A stretch of DNA of 62,316 nt, filler included. It is 5 parts of 5 records of this genome, joined end to end, with 100 filler letters (N's around TTAATTAATTAA, not from the genome) between each part and the next. Parts side by side here need not be neighbours in the genome. Positions count along the whole stretch, not along the records: positions 1 to 31,955 come from SRR31156797_11178; 4 more parts are not named here. One strand, 5' to 3'. The translations under genes were made by a program, and so were the position numbers. The notes beneath the pieces were generated by a model. That model was not told the DNA's origin. It worked only from the letters and a program-made list of their open reading frames with translations, and made no database searches. Positions 1 to 14,000 of the stretch are shown here, piece by piece; position 1 is the first letter of the stretch, and each line of letters opens with the position of its first letter.

Positions 1-68
1 TTCTCTAAAACTTTCGGAGGCTAGTGATTTCAAATGAAATGCACTTGTAGCACATTGAAGGTTTTTAA

Positions 69-76
69 TATTTTTG
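69..76 (+). promoter_or_regulatory. Bacteroidota sigmaA-type -7 element (TAnnTTTG)
   Basis: TATTTTTG at 69-76, with CTTG at 44-47 (21-nt spacing), upstream of ORF 170. Confidence 0.45.
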
Positions 77-169
77 TATCTTAACTTTAATTAAGGGACG
101 TGTGATTTAGGGAAAAGGTGTTGGAATTTAGAGGCACTTCTCCTGAAAGTATAAACTTTTAAATATAAG

Positions 170-619
170 ATGAATAACAGATTAACAGCAGGTAAGATTC
201 AACTTGTTTTTACGATGTTGGTGGTTGTTTTTGCTGGTGCATGGATTTGCTCCATAACTATAAAAGCCATCATGTTTGACTGGTTGCAATGGTCGAGTGG
301 ATTGCTGGCACTAGTCAGTTTGGTTTTGTTTATGTTTGGAGGTTATTATTATGTTGAAATCTCTAAGCCTGATGATCACTTCGAAATAAAATTTTATAAT
401 ATATTTCCTTTTAGCCGGGAGTTTAAAATGTATAGAATTCCCATCTCTGCCTTTATTAAGTATGAAGTACATGGTGCTTCTTTTTTTCGCAGAAAGTTGT
501 TGTTGTTTCAGATGTCGGCCAGTCAGTTAGCAAAATATCCACCCATTTATATTACGGCTTGCTCAAAAAATAATGATGCAGAACTGGAGCGTTTTTTTAA
601 ACATCTGAAAGATAATTAA
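170..619 (+). CDS. hypothetical membrane protein (two N-terminal TM helices)
   Basis: 149-aa ORF with two hydrophobic segments, then a soluble tail; no family recognised. Confidence 0.7.
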   Translation: MNNRLTAGKIQLVFTMLVVVFAGAWICSITIKAIMFDWLQWSSGLLALVSLVLFMFGGYYYVEISKPDDHFEIKFYNIFPFSREFKMYRIPISAFIKYEVHGASFFRRKLLLFQMSASQLAKYPPIYITACSKNNDAELERFFKHLKDN

Positions 620-787
620 GGCGGAGTAGGGTGTTAAAGTAGTAGGGATTCGACCCAGGAGTCTATTTGATTCCATTTTGTGGATAAGTTGTTTAAAAAT
701 TAAACGGATTGTTGGCATTAAGCTATCAACTCAGTAGGTTTTAACTACTAATCATGCTTACTTTTGTACAATGCTAATACTATAACC

Positions 788-1897
788 TTGTCTGAAACTG
801 ATTTAAAATACAAAATTGCCATTAGTCTTATTAAAGGTTTAGGACCTAAATTAATAAGAAATGTAGTTGCCTATGTAGGCGATGTAAAAGGTGTATTTGC
901 AGAGAAGGAGAAGGTGCTGGCTAAAATACCAGGTATTGGATTAAAGCAGGCAGCTGTTATTTCATCTTCCAATCCATTGGATAGAGCAGAGGAAGAGATG
1001 GACTTTATTCATAAACACCAAATTCATACTTCCTTTTTTTTAGATGATACTTTTCCTGCCCGATTAAATAATTGTGAAGATGGTCCGGTAATGATTTACC
1101 ATAAAGGAAAGCACAATTTAAACGGGAAAAGGATGATCGCCGTTGTGGGGACAAGGCAGGTAACAGAGGAAGGTAAGGAGAATTGCGAACGCTTTATTCA
1201 GGAGGTGTCGCAACATTTTCCAGAAACAACAATAGTGAGTGGTTTGGCATATGGCGTAGATATTTGTGCACACAAAGCAGCGCTTAAGTTTGGCTTGCCT
1301 ACCATTGGAGTAATGGCGCATGGTTTAGATAGGATATATCCGAATATGCACCGGAGTGTAGCGAAGGATATGCTGGAAGAAGGCGCATTGGTAACAGAGT
1401 TTATGAGTAAAACCAATCCGGATAAACCTAATTTTGTAAAAAGAAACAGAATTGTGGCCGGATTAGCGGATGCTACTCTGGTAGTGGAGTCGGCAGAAAA
1501 AGGAGGTGCTTTAATTACAGCACACCTGGCGCAATCGTACAATAGAGATGTGCTGGCTTTTCCGGGGAGAATCAGTGATGAATACAGCAAAGGCTGTAAT
1601 AAATTAATAAAAAGCAACGTGGCGGCCTTGGTAGAGAGTGCGGATGATATAGCTTATGCCCTCAACTGGGAAAAGGAGGAAAAGAGAAACGGAGCACAGT
1701 TGAGTATGTTTCAGGAACCGGCTGGAGATGCTGGTCTGGTATACAGTGCGATCAGACAGGAGAAAGAAGCTAGCGTTAATTTTTTAAGTCATAAATCCGG
1801 TATTCCAGTAAACAAGATATCGTCCCTGTTGTTGCAGTTAGAGTTTGATGGTTTGGTAAAAAGCCTGCCAGGAAATATTTATCGATGTTTGTCATAA
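788..1897 (+). CDS. dprA: DNA-processing protein DprA (Smf)
   Basis: Motifs IAVVGTR, IVSGLAYGVDICAH, FVKRNRIVAGL, VVESAEKGGALITA, AFPG and a C-terminal winged helix (LLQLEFDGLV). TTG at 788 preferred as start; ORF track starts at 764. Confidence 0.95.
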   Translation: MSETDLKYKIAISLIKGLGPKLIRNVVAYVGDVKGVFAEKEKVLAKIPGIGLKQAAVISSSNPLDRAEEEMDFIHKHQIHTSFFLDDTFPARLNNCEDGPVMIYHKGKHNLNGKRMIAVVGTRQVTEEGKENCERFIQEVSQHFPETTIVSGLAYGVDICAHKAALKFGLPTIGVMAHGLDRIYPNMHRSVAKDMLEEGALVTEFMSKTNPDKPNFVKRNRIVAGLADATLVVESAEKGGALITAHLAQSYNRDVLAFPGRISDEYSKGCNKLIKSNVAALVESADDIAYALNWEKEEKRNGAQLSMFQEPAGDAGLVYSAIRQEKEASVNFLSHKSGIPVNKISSLLLQLEFDGLVKSLPGNIYRCLS

Positions 1898-2007
1898 AAT
1901 AATGATAAATGAAAGCTTTTTTTGACAAACATTTTTAAAAAGGAGACGTACAAACGTTTGTGCATGGTGAAGATCATGTGCAAAAGGGGACTTAAACTAT
2001 ATATAGT

Positions 2008-5000
2008 ATGTTACATCGTATCACACACAACCTAAATGTAGATGTACTCAAACGTGTTTTTATGCGCTTGGGTTTTGTTGCGTCTATACTTATACTTTCT
2101 ATAAATATATTGGATGCACAAACAATGACTGTTTGTGACGAAAGTACTTTTACCGGCTATGATATTTTTGAGGCAGATAAAACTCCTAATGGTCACCGTT
2201 CTGATGGGGAGTGGACGACTACCGGAGGATTGACCTTTTCTAATATAAATGACCCAAATTCACTTATCACTGTTCCAGCAAGTATTGCCGCACCTACTAA
2301 TGTTACTGTAGTATGGACCTATAAAAACGGAACCAGTCAGCACAGCTTTGATATTGCCATTTCGGCCAGTACGTGGGTTGGAGCAGATCCAATACTAGAC
2401 GTAGGTGGATCGACCGACGATGTATTGTTATGTAGTAAACAAGATGTAACTTTTACGGTAACACCGGATAATGAGAGTAGTTACTTATATCAGTTTTGGA
2501 CTGTTGACCCTGCTACCGGTTTAAATACATTAGTGGATGATGATGTTAATATTGATTATACCCTTACTTCCGGTAATTATGAATTATTGGATGGGGTTTA
2601 TTCCATCGTGCAAACGATAACTTCAGGTTGTACAAAACAAACCAATCAGGTTACTATTTCCGATGTATCTACCATACAAGTACAAGTAGTGGGTGGATTT
2701 TCAGTTTGTACCTCAGGTGCGGTACCGCCAGTTGATTTAGAAGTTATTCCTTATAATACTGCGGATTTTGAATATCGCTGGATTGTAAATGGATCGGAAG
2801 ATGTACCCGCCAGAGATGATGAAACATATACCATAAGTGCATTTGGAGACTATCATGTTGAGGTGTATTCTGTATCAGGAACATGTCCGGGGGATCCCTT
2901 TGTATCAAATACGGTAACCGCGCAGAATTATGACTTGCCTACTGTTTCAATTGTCAATACGCCAAACTCTCTATGTACCGGTGAAACAGAGATAGATTTA
3001 GAGGCGTCTTTAAGTGCAGCACCAACAAATCCGGTTGAGTATGACTGGATTAGAAATACAACCTTATTGGAAGATGGAGGTGTTTTTACATATACCAACT
3101 CCACTCTGCCATTAGCCGGAGATTATAAAGTTATTATTCGGGAGCAGGGTAATGAGGAATGTTGGAGCGAAAGTGCTGTTCATACGGTTACAGCAACCGG
3201 TATTACTGGTGTAAGTTTAACAGAGAATAACAATGTACCGGATTTTTGCCCGAGTGGAGATCCGGAAATTAATGTTACCATTACTGGAGGAACCCCGCCA
3301 TATACGGTGGTATTTTCGAACGACAGAGGATTGCCTGCTCAAACCATTAATAATGTTGGAGCCAACCAGAATGTTACTTTAAATACACTGTCAACATCAG
3401 GGGTAACCAATTTTTGGATTTCCTCTATCACCGACAATGGAGGTTGTACTTTTACCGATGTTAAAGATGCAGCTTCTACTAATTTTGCCACATTTACAGT
3501 AGATAATACTATTCCATTAACCCTGGATGCTTCGGCTAATTCAAACTTTGTTTGTACTACAGGTCCTGCACTAGTTGTTTCTATAGATGCAACAGGAGCA
3601 TCCGATACGCCTGAGGATGGTGTTGTATATGAATTACAGCGGGATAAAGACGGTGATAATATTTTTGAAGATACAGCATTAGATTCTTATACCGGAGATG
3701 GTGTTAATCCAATCACCTTTAATAGTCAAACTGTAGCTGGAACATATCGAGTTGTTGCTAAAGATTGTTTGGCAGATGTGGTGTTAAATAATGAATTTGT
3801 AGTAGATGCTATTCCGCAGGATCAGGTATTTTCAACCGCAGGTATTGCTTGTTTGTCCGGTGAAGTAGCTCTTAATAATAGTGAAGATGATGTAGCCTAT
3901 CATTTATACAGAGATAATATTGCAACAGGAGCGGTAAGGTATGGTACTACGGGAAGTTCTGTGACTTTTGGTATTCAAACTATTGCCGGTCTTTACACCG
4001 TAAAAGCCTATAGTCCCAATGGAACATGTAATATTGATATATCGGGTTCATTAAGAGTAGTTAATCCACAGACCTTTAATTTAACAGCAGTAGGTGGGGT
4101 GACTTCATATTGCCAGGGGCTTGTACCTTCCGGTATATCGCTGGAATTAGATGGTTCTGAGCCGGGTAATTCATATCAGTTACAATATGATGATGGAGCT
4201 GGAGGATGGATAGATATTTATGCACCTCAATCGGATGCGGGTGGAGCAGCCTTAACATGGACTAATGTGCCTGCAAATAGTTATCAGATTGAAGTAATTA
4301 CGCCTTATGCAGGCTGTACTACTACAATGGGAAATGTTACCATTACGGAAACACCACTGCCAACAGCAACGATCTCCATAGATCCTTTAAATAATTCAAA
4401 GTGTGATAATGAGGTAGCTAAAACTTTCCCTATATTGGTAAACTTAACGGGTACAGCGCCTTACGATATTGTTATAAAAGATGATAAAACTCCAACCTCA
4501 ACACATTCAGTGAATGCCTGGGGAAGTAATTTTTATAATTTATATGAGGTAAGCCCGGCCAATACAACCACCTATACCATTCAATCAGTAACGGATGGTA
4601 ATGGATGTGTGAATAATGCAGGGATTGGTTCTGCAACCGTAACTGTAAAAGATGCACCAAGTGTTTCTATCATCGGGAATGCGGCTATGTGTGATGGAGA
4701 TGTTGTTAACTTATCTACATCGGTAACCAATGCAGTTGGTGTACCTACCTATCAATGGAGTACCACTGAAACTTCAAATAATATTAATGTAAGTCCGGCT
4801 TCGACCACGAATTACTCCGTAACGGTAACTTCAGGTAATGCGTGTTATGCAACGGCTAATCATAATTTAACGGTTAATCCTTTACCAACACCGACATTTA
4901 ATGCAGTCAGTTTAAGTTATTGTGAAGATAATGCTCCGGTTGATTTAGGAGGTAATCCGGTGGGAGGTACTTTTTATATTAATGGTGTAGATATTCCGGG

Positions 5001-8000
5001 AACTTCTTTTACTCCGGGTAATTATCTAACACCAGGAAATGCCAGTGACGCTATTAGTATATATTACGAGGTGGATAATGGTTGTGTAGGACAATCTGCA
5101 ACAAAAAACGCTACAGTTTATGCCTTACCAACAGTAGCTATTAATAATGTACCTGCACAAATATGTTCCAACGGAGGAAATGTTACCGCTTTTGGTAGTC
5201 CTGCCGGAGGATCGTGGACTGTACCGGGTGCCGGATTAAGTGCCACTGTTGTTGGAGGTAATTTAGTGATTGATCCAACAGCCAGTACCTTGGGTACTTT
5301 ATATGAAATACGTTACGACTTTACCGATGGTAATGGCTGTACGCAGACAGCCAGTGTATTTACAACTATTGTAGATTTTAACCCGGGTAGTTTAGATATA
5401 GATTTTGATGCTACTACTGCCGGATTACAAGCGGCAGGAACCTACTGCCCTACAGATGCAGTACCTATTCAGATACAGGGATTAGTGAACGGAGCTGCAG
5501 TGAGTGGAGGAACTACAGGAACTTTAAGTGGCCCTGGTATTTCAAATGTGGATGCAGCAAATGGTACTGCAGATTTTACGCCTTTTGATGCAGGAACAGG
5601 AACACATACTATCCAATTTGATATTAATAATGGATCATGTAATGCATCTACTACAGTTAATGTAGTGGTAGGTACTACTTTATCATCTACCCTGGCAGCG
5701 TCCTATTGTCAGGATCCGGCAGTGATTGAAACCGTGCAGTTTGCTCCGGCAGGAGGTACTTTAACTATTACGGATGGAGAAGGAGATTCTTCAGGAGCTG
5801 CACCTGTGCTTACTGATTTACGACCAGGAACAGACGCTTCGGAATATACTTTCTCTCCGGGCGCCTGGGAGGCATTAGCTGCTTCGGGTGCTACACCAGC
5901 CTTTGGAGGTGCAGGAACTTATACATTTACATATGCCTATGATGATGGTACAGGATGTATTACGACAGAAGATTTTACAGTAGAAATAGGAGCAACTGTT
6001 GATGCTTCATTTTCCGGATTAGCCAATAACTATTGTGTAAATGATGCTATTGATGTACTAACACCTAATGGAGCTCCAGCAACAATTAGTTATGCAGGCC
6101 CGGGTATTATTGCTTCAACCAATAACTTTTCTCCTCCTTTAGCAGGAGTTGGAACCCATACGATTACAGCAACAGCTACTTCTGCTGCCGGTTGTACAGA
6201 AACATGGAGCCAGAATGTAACAGTTGCAGGTGTTCCAAATATTGACATAACAGATTTAGATGATGCATATTGTTCTGACGACGCATCACTTACCATATCA
6301 GCATCCAATGCTGGAGATGCCGGTACCTATAATTTTATTTGTACCACAAGCCCTTCAGGATTGAACCCACTTACCTACACAGGTACTGGAGATGAAACAG
6401 ATCCGAACGCACAGTTAGCCACTTTTGATCCTGGCGTAGATCCATCCTTATTATCTTGGACGTATTATGTAACGTATGAGTTTACACCTGCCGGTGCTGC
6501 CGGATGTATGACCAGTGTGACCAAGTCAGTGGATATTTATCGTAATGAATCAGTTGACTTTAGTGGAATATTAAAAGCAAGTTACTGTCAGGGTGAAGCA
6601 GTTATTTCTTTAAATGGTTCAGAAGCTGGTGGTACATATTATATAGATGGAGTTGCCTGGGGAACAGGATTAACAGACTTAGGTGGCGGTAACGCAGAAT
6701 TGGATCCTTCCGCACTTGCGGTTGGTGCCCATAGTGTTACGTATGAGTATCAACGTGTTAATGTATTGAAGAATTGTACCAATTCCAGAACCAAAGCATT
6801 GACAATTATTGATGGACCGGTTGGTGTTTACGCCATAACCGGTGGTGGCCCTTACTGTTTAGGTGACCCAGGTGTAACTATTAGTTTAGATGGATCTACT
6901 GCCGGAGTTGATTATGATTTGTATTTAGATGGTACATTTACAGGAACTACAGTAACCGGTCCTGTTGGTGGAGGTCAGATTGACTTTACAAATATTACTG
7001 CTTTAGGTACTTATACTATTAAAGCCAGACAAGGAGCTTGTGAAAAAGACATGTTGGGTTCGGTGTATGTAGAAACATATGATTTGAACCTGGGCGTAAA
7101 CAGTGTAACCAATGTTACATGTAATGGAGGAGCAGATGGAGAGGTGAGTTTAAGAGCTACCGGAGGAAGTGGTGCATATGATTATGAATATTCTACAGAC
7201 GGAGGAACTACTTGGTTACCAAATACTAATACTGCACCAAATGTGTTTGTTGGATTAGCAGCAGATGTGTATGATTTCAGAATTATTGATCAGGATGTTA
7301 ATTCTCCTTGTGTACTGGATGCGGCCAGAACAGTAACGGTGACAATCCTAGAACCATCAGGTGCTTTAACAGTAATACCAACCGAAGTTCAAAAAGTAGG
7401 TTGTAATTGTGCAATTGATCCAACACAATGTGATGGAATCGGAAAAATTTCAATTTCCGGAGGAACTAAGTTTACTGATTTAACAAGCTATCCAAGTGGA
7501 TATCAAATTACATGGCCGGCTTCCGTAAGCAATTTAAGTGCAGATTCATTAAACGCTACTGGTTTATCGGCAGGTACATATAATATTGTAGTAACAGATG
7601 CCAGCGGTTGTAGCACGACTGCCAGTTTAATTATTACAGATGAAGCAGCATTAGGCTTAACATATGATAGCCAGGTAGATAATGATTGCTATGGAACAAA
7701 CATTGCTTCGGCTACTGTGATAGCGAATGGAGGATCAGGTAGTTACGAGTATTCTTTGAATTCTGATGAGAACTGGTTAACTGGTGCCGCCAACTATACT
7801 ACACCTGTTTTATCAACAGGTGCACATACCATTTGGGTGCGCGATGCTAATCACCCAAATTGTAAAACTTCAGAGAATGTAAATATTGCTGGCCCTGCAA
7901 GTGCATTGGAATTATCAGTTACGCCAACTGCAGAAACTTGCGATGGACTGGATGACGGAAAAGCATTGTTAAATATTACTGGTGGTGTTGGACCATATCA

Positions 8001-11000
8001 ATACAATCTGGATGCAAGCGGATTACTTATCGTTCCTACACCAACTCCGGAAGTTAGTGGTATTGCAGTTGGACCGCATACCATTGTTGTACAAGATGCA
8101 AATGGATGTACCATAAGTAAATCATTTGGAATTGACCCGGCTACACCAATAACCATATCCGGTGTAGCTACGCCAGTTTCTTGTAATAGTAGTGCAGATG
8201 GTCAGGTTGTACTTACAGCTAATCCTGCCAATGTTAATTATGTTTATACGGTAGATGGAGGAGCCATCTGGCAAGCATCTAACGTGTTTACAGGTCTGGA
8301 TTCTGAAGCAGACAACTCAAAAACATATACTTTCCAGGTAAGAGATGATATAAAAGGTTGTACGTCAGCTGATTTGGATGTTGAAGTTACGCAACCAAGA
8401 AGCTTTACAACAGTACATGCCAAATCAGATGTAACCTGTTTTGGAGATGCAGATGGAGAAATCACATTAACAACAACTTACGATGTGGCACCAGTTAATG
8501 GTGGCTTTGAATATTCTATAGATGGAGGCTCAACCTGGAAAACATCTCCATTAACAGGTTTAAGTTCAGGTTTCTATACCATTCAGGTAAAAGATGTTTC
8601 CAATGATTGTATTGTGACTTATGGAACTGTTGTTGAAATAGAAGAACCTACAGGTGGTGCTTTAGCTGCTACTTTAGACGCAGGAGGAAAATTAGCACTG
8701 GAATGTTATGGTGCAGGTGATGGAGAAATCAATATAGATATGGGAGCTAGTGGTTGGAATACAGCTTACACATATCAATGGAATTTAAAATCTACAAATG
8801 AAGACTTTGGAAATACCGAAGATCTAAATGCTGTTAATGCAGGCAAGCCTGTCAATGGAGGAACTTATGTTCTGACGGTTACAGATAATGGCGGATGTTC
8901 CACAACTTTTGAACAAATTATTACGGAACCGGTAGATTGGACAGCAATTGTAACTACTACACCGAACTCAGTTCCTAATGCTGCAAGTGATGTTGCGATT
9001 GTAGGAGATGGAACAGCTACCCTTAATCCTGTATCAGGTGGAAGTCTGTCTGAAAATTATGATTATGAATGGTTTAATAGTGGGGCTGTTTCTTTGGCAA
9101 CAAGTGTAACTACCATCTCAAATCTTGATCCGGGTAATTACTATGTTGTCATTACAGATTTAACAGATGGTTGTACTACAACAGTAAACTTTACAATAAT
9201 AGATTCTTCTGTTCCGTTGGATGCAGACTTCAATGCTGTTAACCAACCATGTTCAGAAGAGGATGGCCGAATAGAAATTTCAATATTAAGTGGAACACCT
9301 GATTTTACTGTTAAATATAAAAGAGATACAGATCCGCAACAGACATACACTGTATCTGGTTCGTCAACAGTAATCACTGGTCAACCTGGTGTATACGTTA
9401 TCATAATAGAAGATGCAGCAGGAGGATCAATTACTTCAACAGAAACAATCGGATCTGTTATGCCTACAACTTTGGTTACAGCAGGACCGGATTTTGTAAA
9501 TAACTGTCAGGCAGAGATATCAATTACGCCAACTGCACCAGATGATATTAATTATATAGCTACCTGGTCAACTCCGGTTGGAGTAAGTGGTTTTTCAGAT
9601 GTAACGCTTAATGTAGCAAATAATGCTAATGCCATTACTTACAGCACTATAACTGTACCCGGTGATTATACCTTAACCGTTCAACATACATCAGAATTAG
9701 CTTGTTCGGATTCATACACATTTACGGTTTCTGATCCAACTATCTCGGTTTCAGAAGATTTAAGTCAACATAAGAATGTAACATGTAATGGTGGTGTTAA
9801 CGGCTACTTAGCTGTAGATGTCTCAGGAAGAGAGCCTGGTCATGTCTTTAATTATGTTTGGCAGAATACAACTACAGGAGCAGCTGCTATTAATACAGGT
9901 AACAAACCAACACTTGGAGATACTGAAGATGTAGATGCCGGAGATTGGACGGTTACAGTAACTACTTTTGATGGTACTTGTGAGGAAACCATAGCTTTAC
10001 AGGAAGTTACGGAACCAAATGTTTTTGCTTTTGCAGGTATTACTATTAATGATGTGGCCTCATGTGCATCCGATAATTCAGGAAGTATTCAAGTGGAGCT
10101 GGTAGGGGGAACGCTACCTTATGAAGTTTCGATTACCGATGGTACAACCACGACAACACAAAATTTGTCAACCGCTACCTTTACCTTTAATAATTTATTG
10201 GCGGGTAATTATACCATAAATGCCAGAGATGCAAATAATTGTGGATTGTTAAGTACTCCAGGAACAATTAATGCACCTGTGCCTATAAGTGTTACAGCTT
10301 TTGATGGAAGCATTGATTGTGATGGTAGTATAGTTGATGGAGAAATAACATTTAACTTAAGTGGTGGAGCAATAGACGCACAAAATGTAAGCACCTTTGC
10401 TATTACTATTGAAGGGGACAATGGATTTAGTACGAGTAAAGTGGTAAATGTAGATTGGGATACAGATCCGGATCCTTACCCATATACTTTTAATAATACA
10501 ACAGGTTTAGAACCTGCAACTTATACGGTAAAAGTATGGGATGCTAAAAGAGAAGCAGGTACTAATGTAACTTGCCCGCTTCCTGATTTCGAACAGGATA
10601 TTACATTATCGACTATAGTTATTAGCGGAGATATTACTAATAAATCATGTAATGGAGGTACTAATGACGGAGCAATTAGTAATATACAAATTACCGGAAC
10701 TTCCGGAGATTATAGCTATGCGTGGACACCGGCATTAATACCGGAAGTTAATTATAGTGCGTTGGATCAAAGTGGTTTACCAAGTGGAACATACACTTTA
10801 TCCATTACGGATAATATCAGAGGATGTATTGTGACAAAAGACTTTATTGTTGCTAATGATCAAACGCTGACCGTAAGTGCGAATAGTTCTGATGTTTCAT
10901 GTTTTAATGGTAATGATGGATCAATAGAGTTGATACCTTCACCTGCAATCGGTAATTATGTTTACTCAATAGATAATGGAGCTACATGGCAAACAAGTGC

Positions 11001-14000
11001 TGTGTTTAAAAATCTGATTTCTGATAATACTGATAATTTAGAGACTTATCAGGCTTTAGTAAGAAATCAGGATTACGCCTGTGTATCAGCTATGTTACCT
11101 GTGGACATTGCGCAATCTCCAGAAATTACAATAAATCCGGTTGTTCAGGATACACAAATTAAATGTTTTGGTGGTTCAGAGGCATCATTTACAGCGAGTG
11201 CTGATAATGGAGTAGCAGGAACGTTATTCCAATATGCCATTAATACAGATGGTTCCGGTAATCCGATATATCAGGATAGTCCAAGCTTTACCGGTTTAGC
11301 ATCAGGTACTTATCCTTTATGGGTGAGGCGATTAGGTTCAGACTGCCAAGTGTACGATCCGAATTACATTACGATTACAGAACCAACAAATGGTGCTTTA
11401 TCAATTAGCCTGACTGACAGAACTGATATAACATGTGTGGATGTTCAGGATGGCGCTATTGATATAACTGTCTCTGGAGGATGGGGAACTCTTGCGGCCG
11501 ACTATACTTATGAATGGAGAAATAAAGCTACAAATGTTTTAGTTGGACACGATGCCAATGGAGATGTTTCTGCCTTAGCAGCAAGTACATATGTTGTAAC
11601 AGTAGCAGACGCACAGGGCTGTAAAAAAACTTTTGAGGAAACAATTACAACTCCTGATAACTGGGATGTGCTTGTATCAACCAGTAATAATACAATTCCT
11701 AATACGCCAGTTGCTACTGGAAATGGAACCGCTACGCTATCGCCGGTTACAGGAGGAACCATACCTGCCAGTTATGAGTATGATTGGTATAAAGAAGATG
11801 CTCCTGGAGCAGGTACATATACTTTATATTCAACGAATAAGACAACAACTGCACTTACAAATTTAAATCCGGCCAATTACTATGTTTTAGTAAGCGGTAG
11901 TGTAGCAGGATGTACAGAAAGAGTTGACTTTACTATAGGAGATAGTTCTATTCCGTTAGCCATTGATGTGCAGGAAACCAATGCACAGTGTAATGGTACA
12001 ACAGGAATAATCAGAGTTACCATGACTTCAGGTACTCCTCCATATGCAATTGCTATTCAGAGAGATTCTGATCCAGCCATCACAGTCAGTACTTCAAACA
12101 GTTCATACTTGTTCGAAGATTTAATGGCAGGTAATTATGCTATTACTGTTCAGGATGGTTTAAGTGGAGTTGTAACAGATAATGTTTCGATAATTGAACC
12201 AGGTGCTTTTACGGCTTCTGGATCAGTTACCTATAATAATTGTCAGGCTGAATTAAATGTAAGTGTTAGTGCAGCGGATGATTATTCGATCTCATGGATA
12301 GTACCATCAGGAGAACCTGTTATAGGTGGTGAAACCATTGATAATACAGGTACATCGTTTACAACAGTTAATGTATCAGGTATTGGTACTTATACTTATA
12401 TCATCACCAATGATAATACAGGATGCACATTCTCAGATGTAATCACTGTAACAGAACCATCTATAGTGATTACAGAAGAAACTTCTGTTCATAAAAATGT
12501 AAGCTGCTATGGAAGTGATGATGGATTTATTAAGGTAAATGTTACCGGAAGAGAACCAGGCCATTTATTTACATATGTATGGACAGATGGCACTAATAGC
12601 TATCCTACTGGAACAACCCCATCTATAGGATCAAGTGATCCTGTAACAGCAGGTAGCTGGAGTGTAGATGTTACTACAGCGGATGGACTTTGTACTCAAA
12701 CCTTAAGCGGAATTATTGTTGCACAACCAGCAGATTTACAGGTTGATAATATTGATATTACGCATATTACAACCTGTAGTAATGATACTTTAGGCGCTGT
12801 TGAAGTAACAATTACCGGAGGAACTGCTCCGTATAATGTTGTACTGAGTAATGGTATTGTATATCGTTCTGAGCAAGCTTCAAAAACAAGCTTTAGATTT
12901 ACCGGCTTACCTGCGGGTGATACTTATACCTTAACTGTAACAGACAAAAATACATGTTCAGCACCGGTAGAAGATGTTATAATTACAGCTCCGGATGTTT
13001 TATCTGTAAGTAATTTACAAGGAACAATCGCTTGTACTGGTGTGGCTGATGGAGAAATCAGTTTTGAAATTGATGGAGGATTAGAGGTTGCAGGTATGCA
13101 CTCCTATGATATTCGTATTTATGGTGATAATGGTTTTAATCAAAGCTTTACGAAAGCCAATGTAGCCACACCTTATACCTATAATACATTAGCTGATTTT
13201 GGTGTTCTATTACCAGGTAATTATACTATAGAAGTAAGAGATGCTGAAGCTGCAGCAGATATTTATGCTTATTGTCCGGATCCTGGCTATACAGGAATCA
13301 TAACACTGGAGCAGATTGAAATATTTGGAAGTATTACGGATAAAACATGTTCCGGAGGAACTGATAATGGAGCTATTACGAATGTATTGGTTACCGGAAC
13401 TTCAGGAAATATTACGTGGGAATGGGTGTACCCTGATTTATCCACATCAACAGGAGTTGGTAATCCTCCAAACTTAAATGGAATTGACGCAGGTACATAT
13501 ACTTTAAATATTACAGATGTAGCTAGAGGAAACTGTGTGGTTTCGGAGTCCTTTGATGTAAATAATACACATACGCTTGAAATTACCAGCTTTACTAAAT
13601 CGGATGTATCTTGTTATAATGGTAATGATGGTATCATAGAATTAACAGCTTTACCTTCTGGCGGTAATTATATGTATAGTATTGATAATGGTACTTCATG
13701 GCAAAGTTCTCCATACTTTGGAGGCTTAAGCTCTGATAATGCAACAAATACCAGAACATATACTGCCATTGTGGATGACCTGAATAATGGTTGCCAGTCG
13801 TTACCGGTTAATATTGATATTGACCAGCTGCCTGAGATTGTCATTACAGTACCGGCACCCGCAACTACAAATGTCAGTTGTTATGGAGGTTCAGATGGAA
13901 CCTTTACTGCAGCAGCTAGTGATGGCGCAGTGGGTACTTTATTTGAATATGCGATTACAACGAATGGTTCAGGATTACCAATTTATCAGGATAGTCCAAC

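Noticed and set aside
788-2007. dprA next to the giant adhesin as a DNA-uptake system
   Set aside because: No other competence genes are present and no DNA-binding domain is evident in the adhesin; adjacency alone is insufficient.
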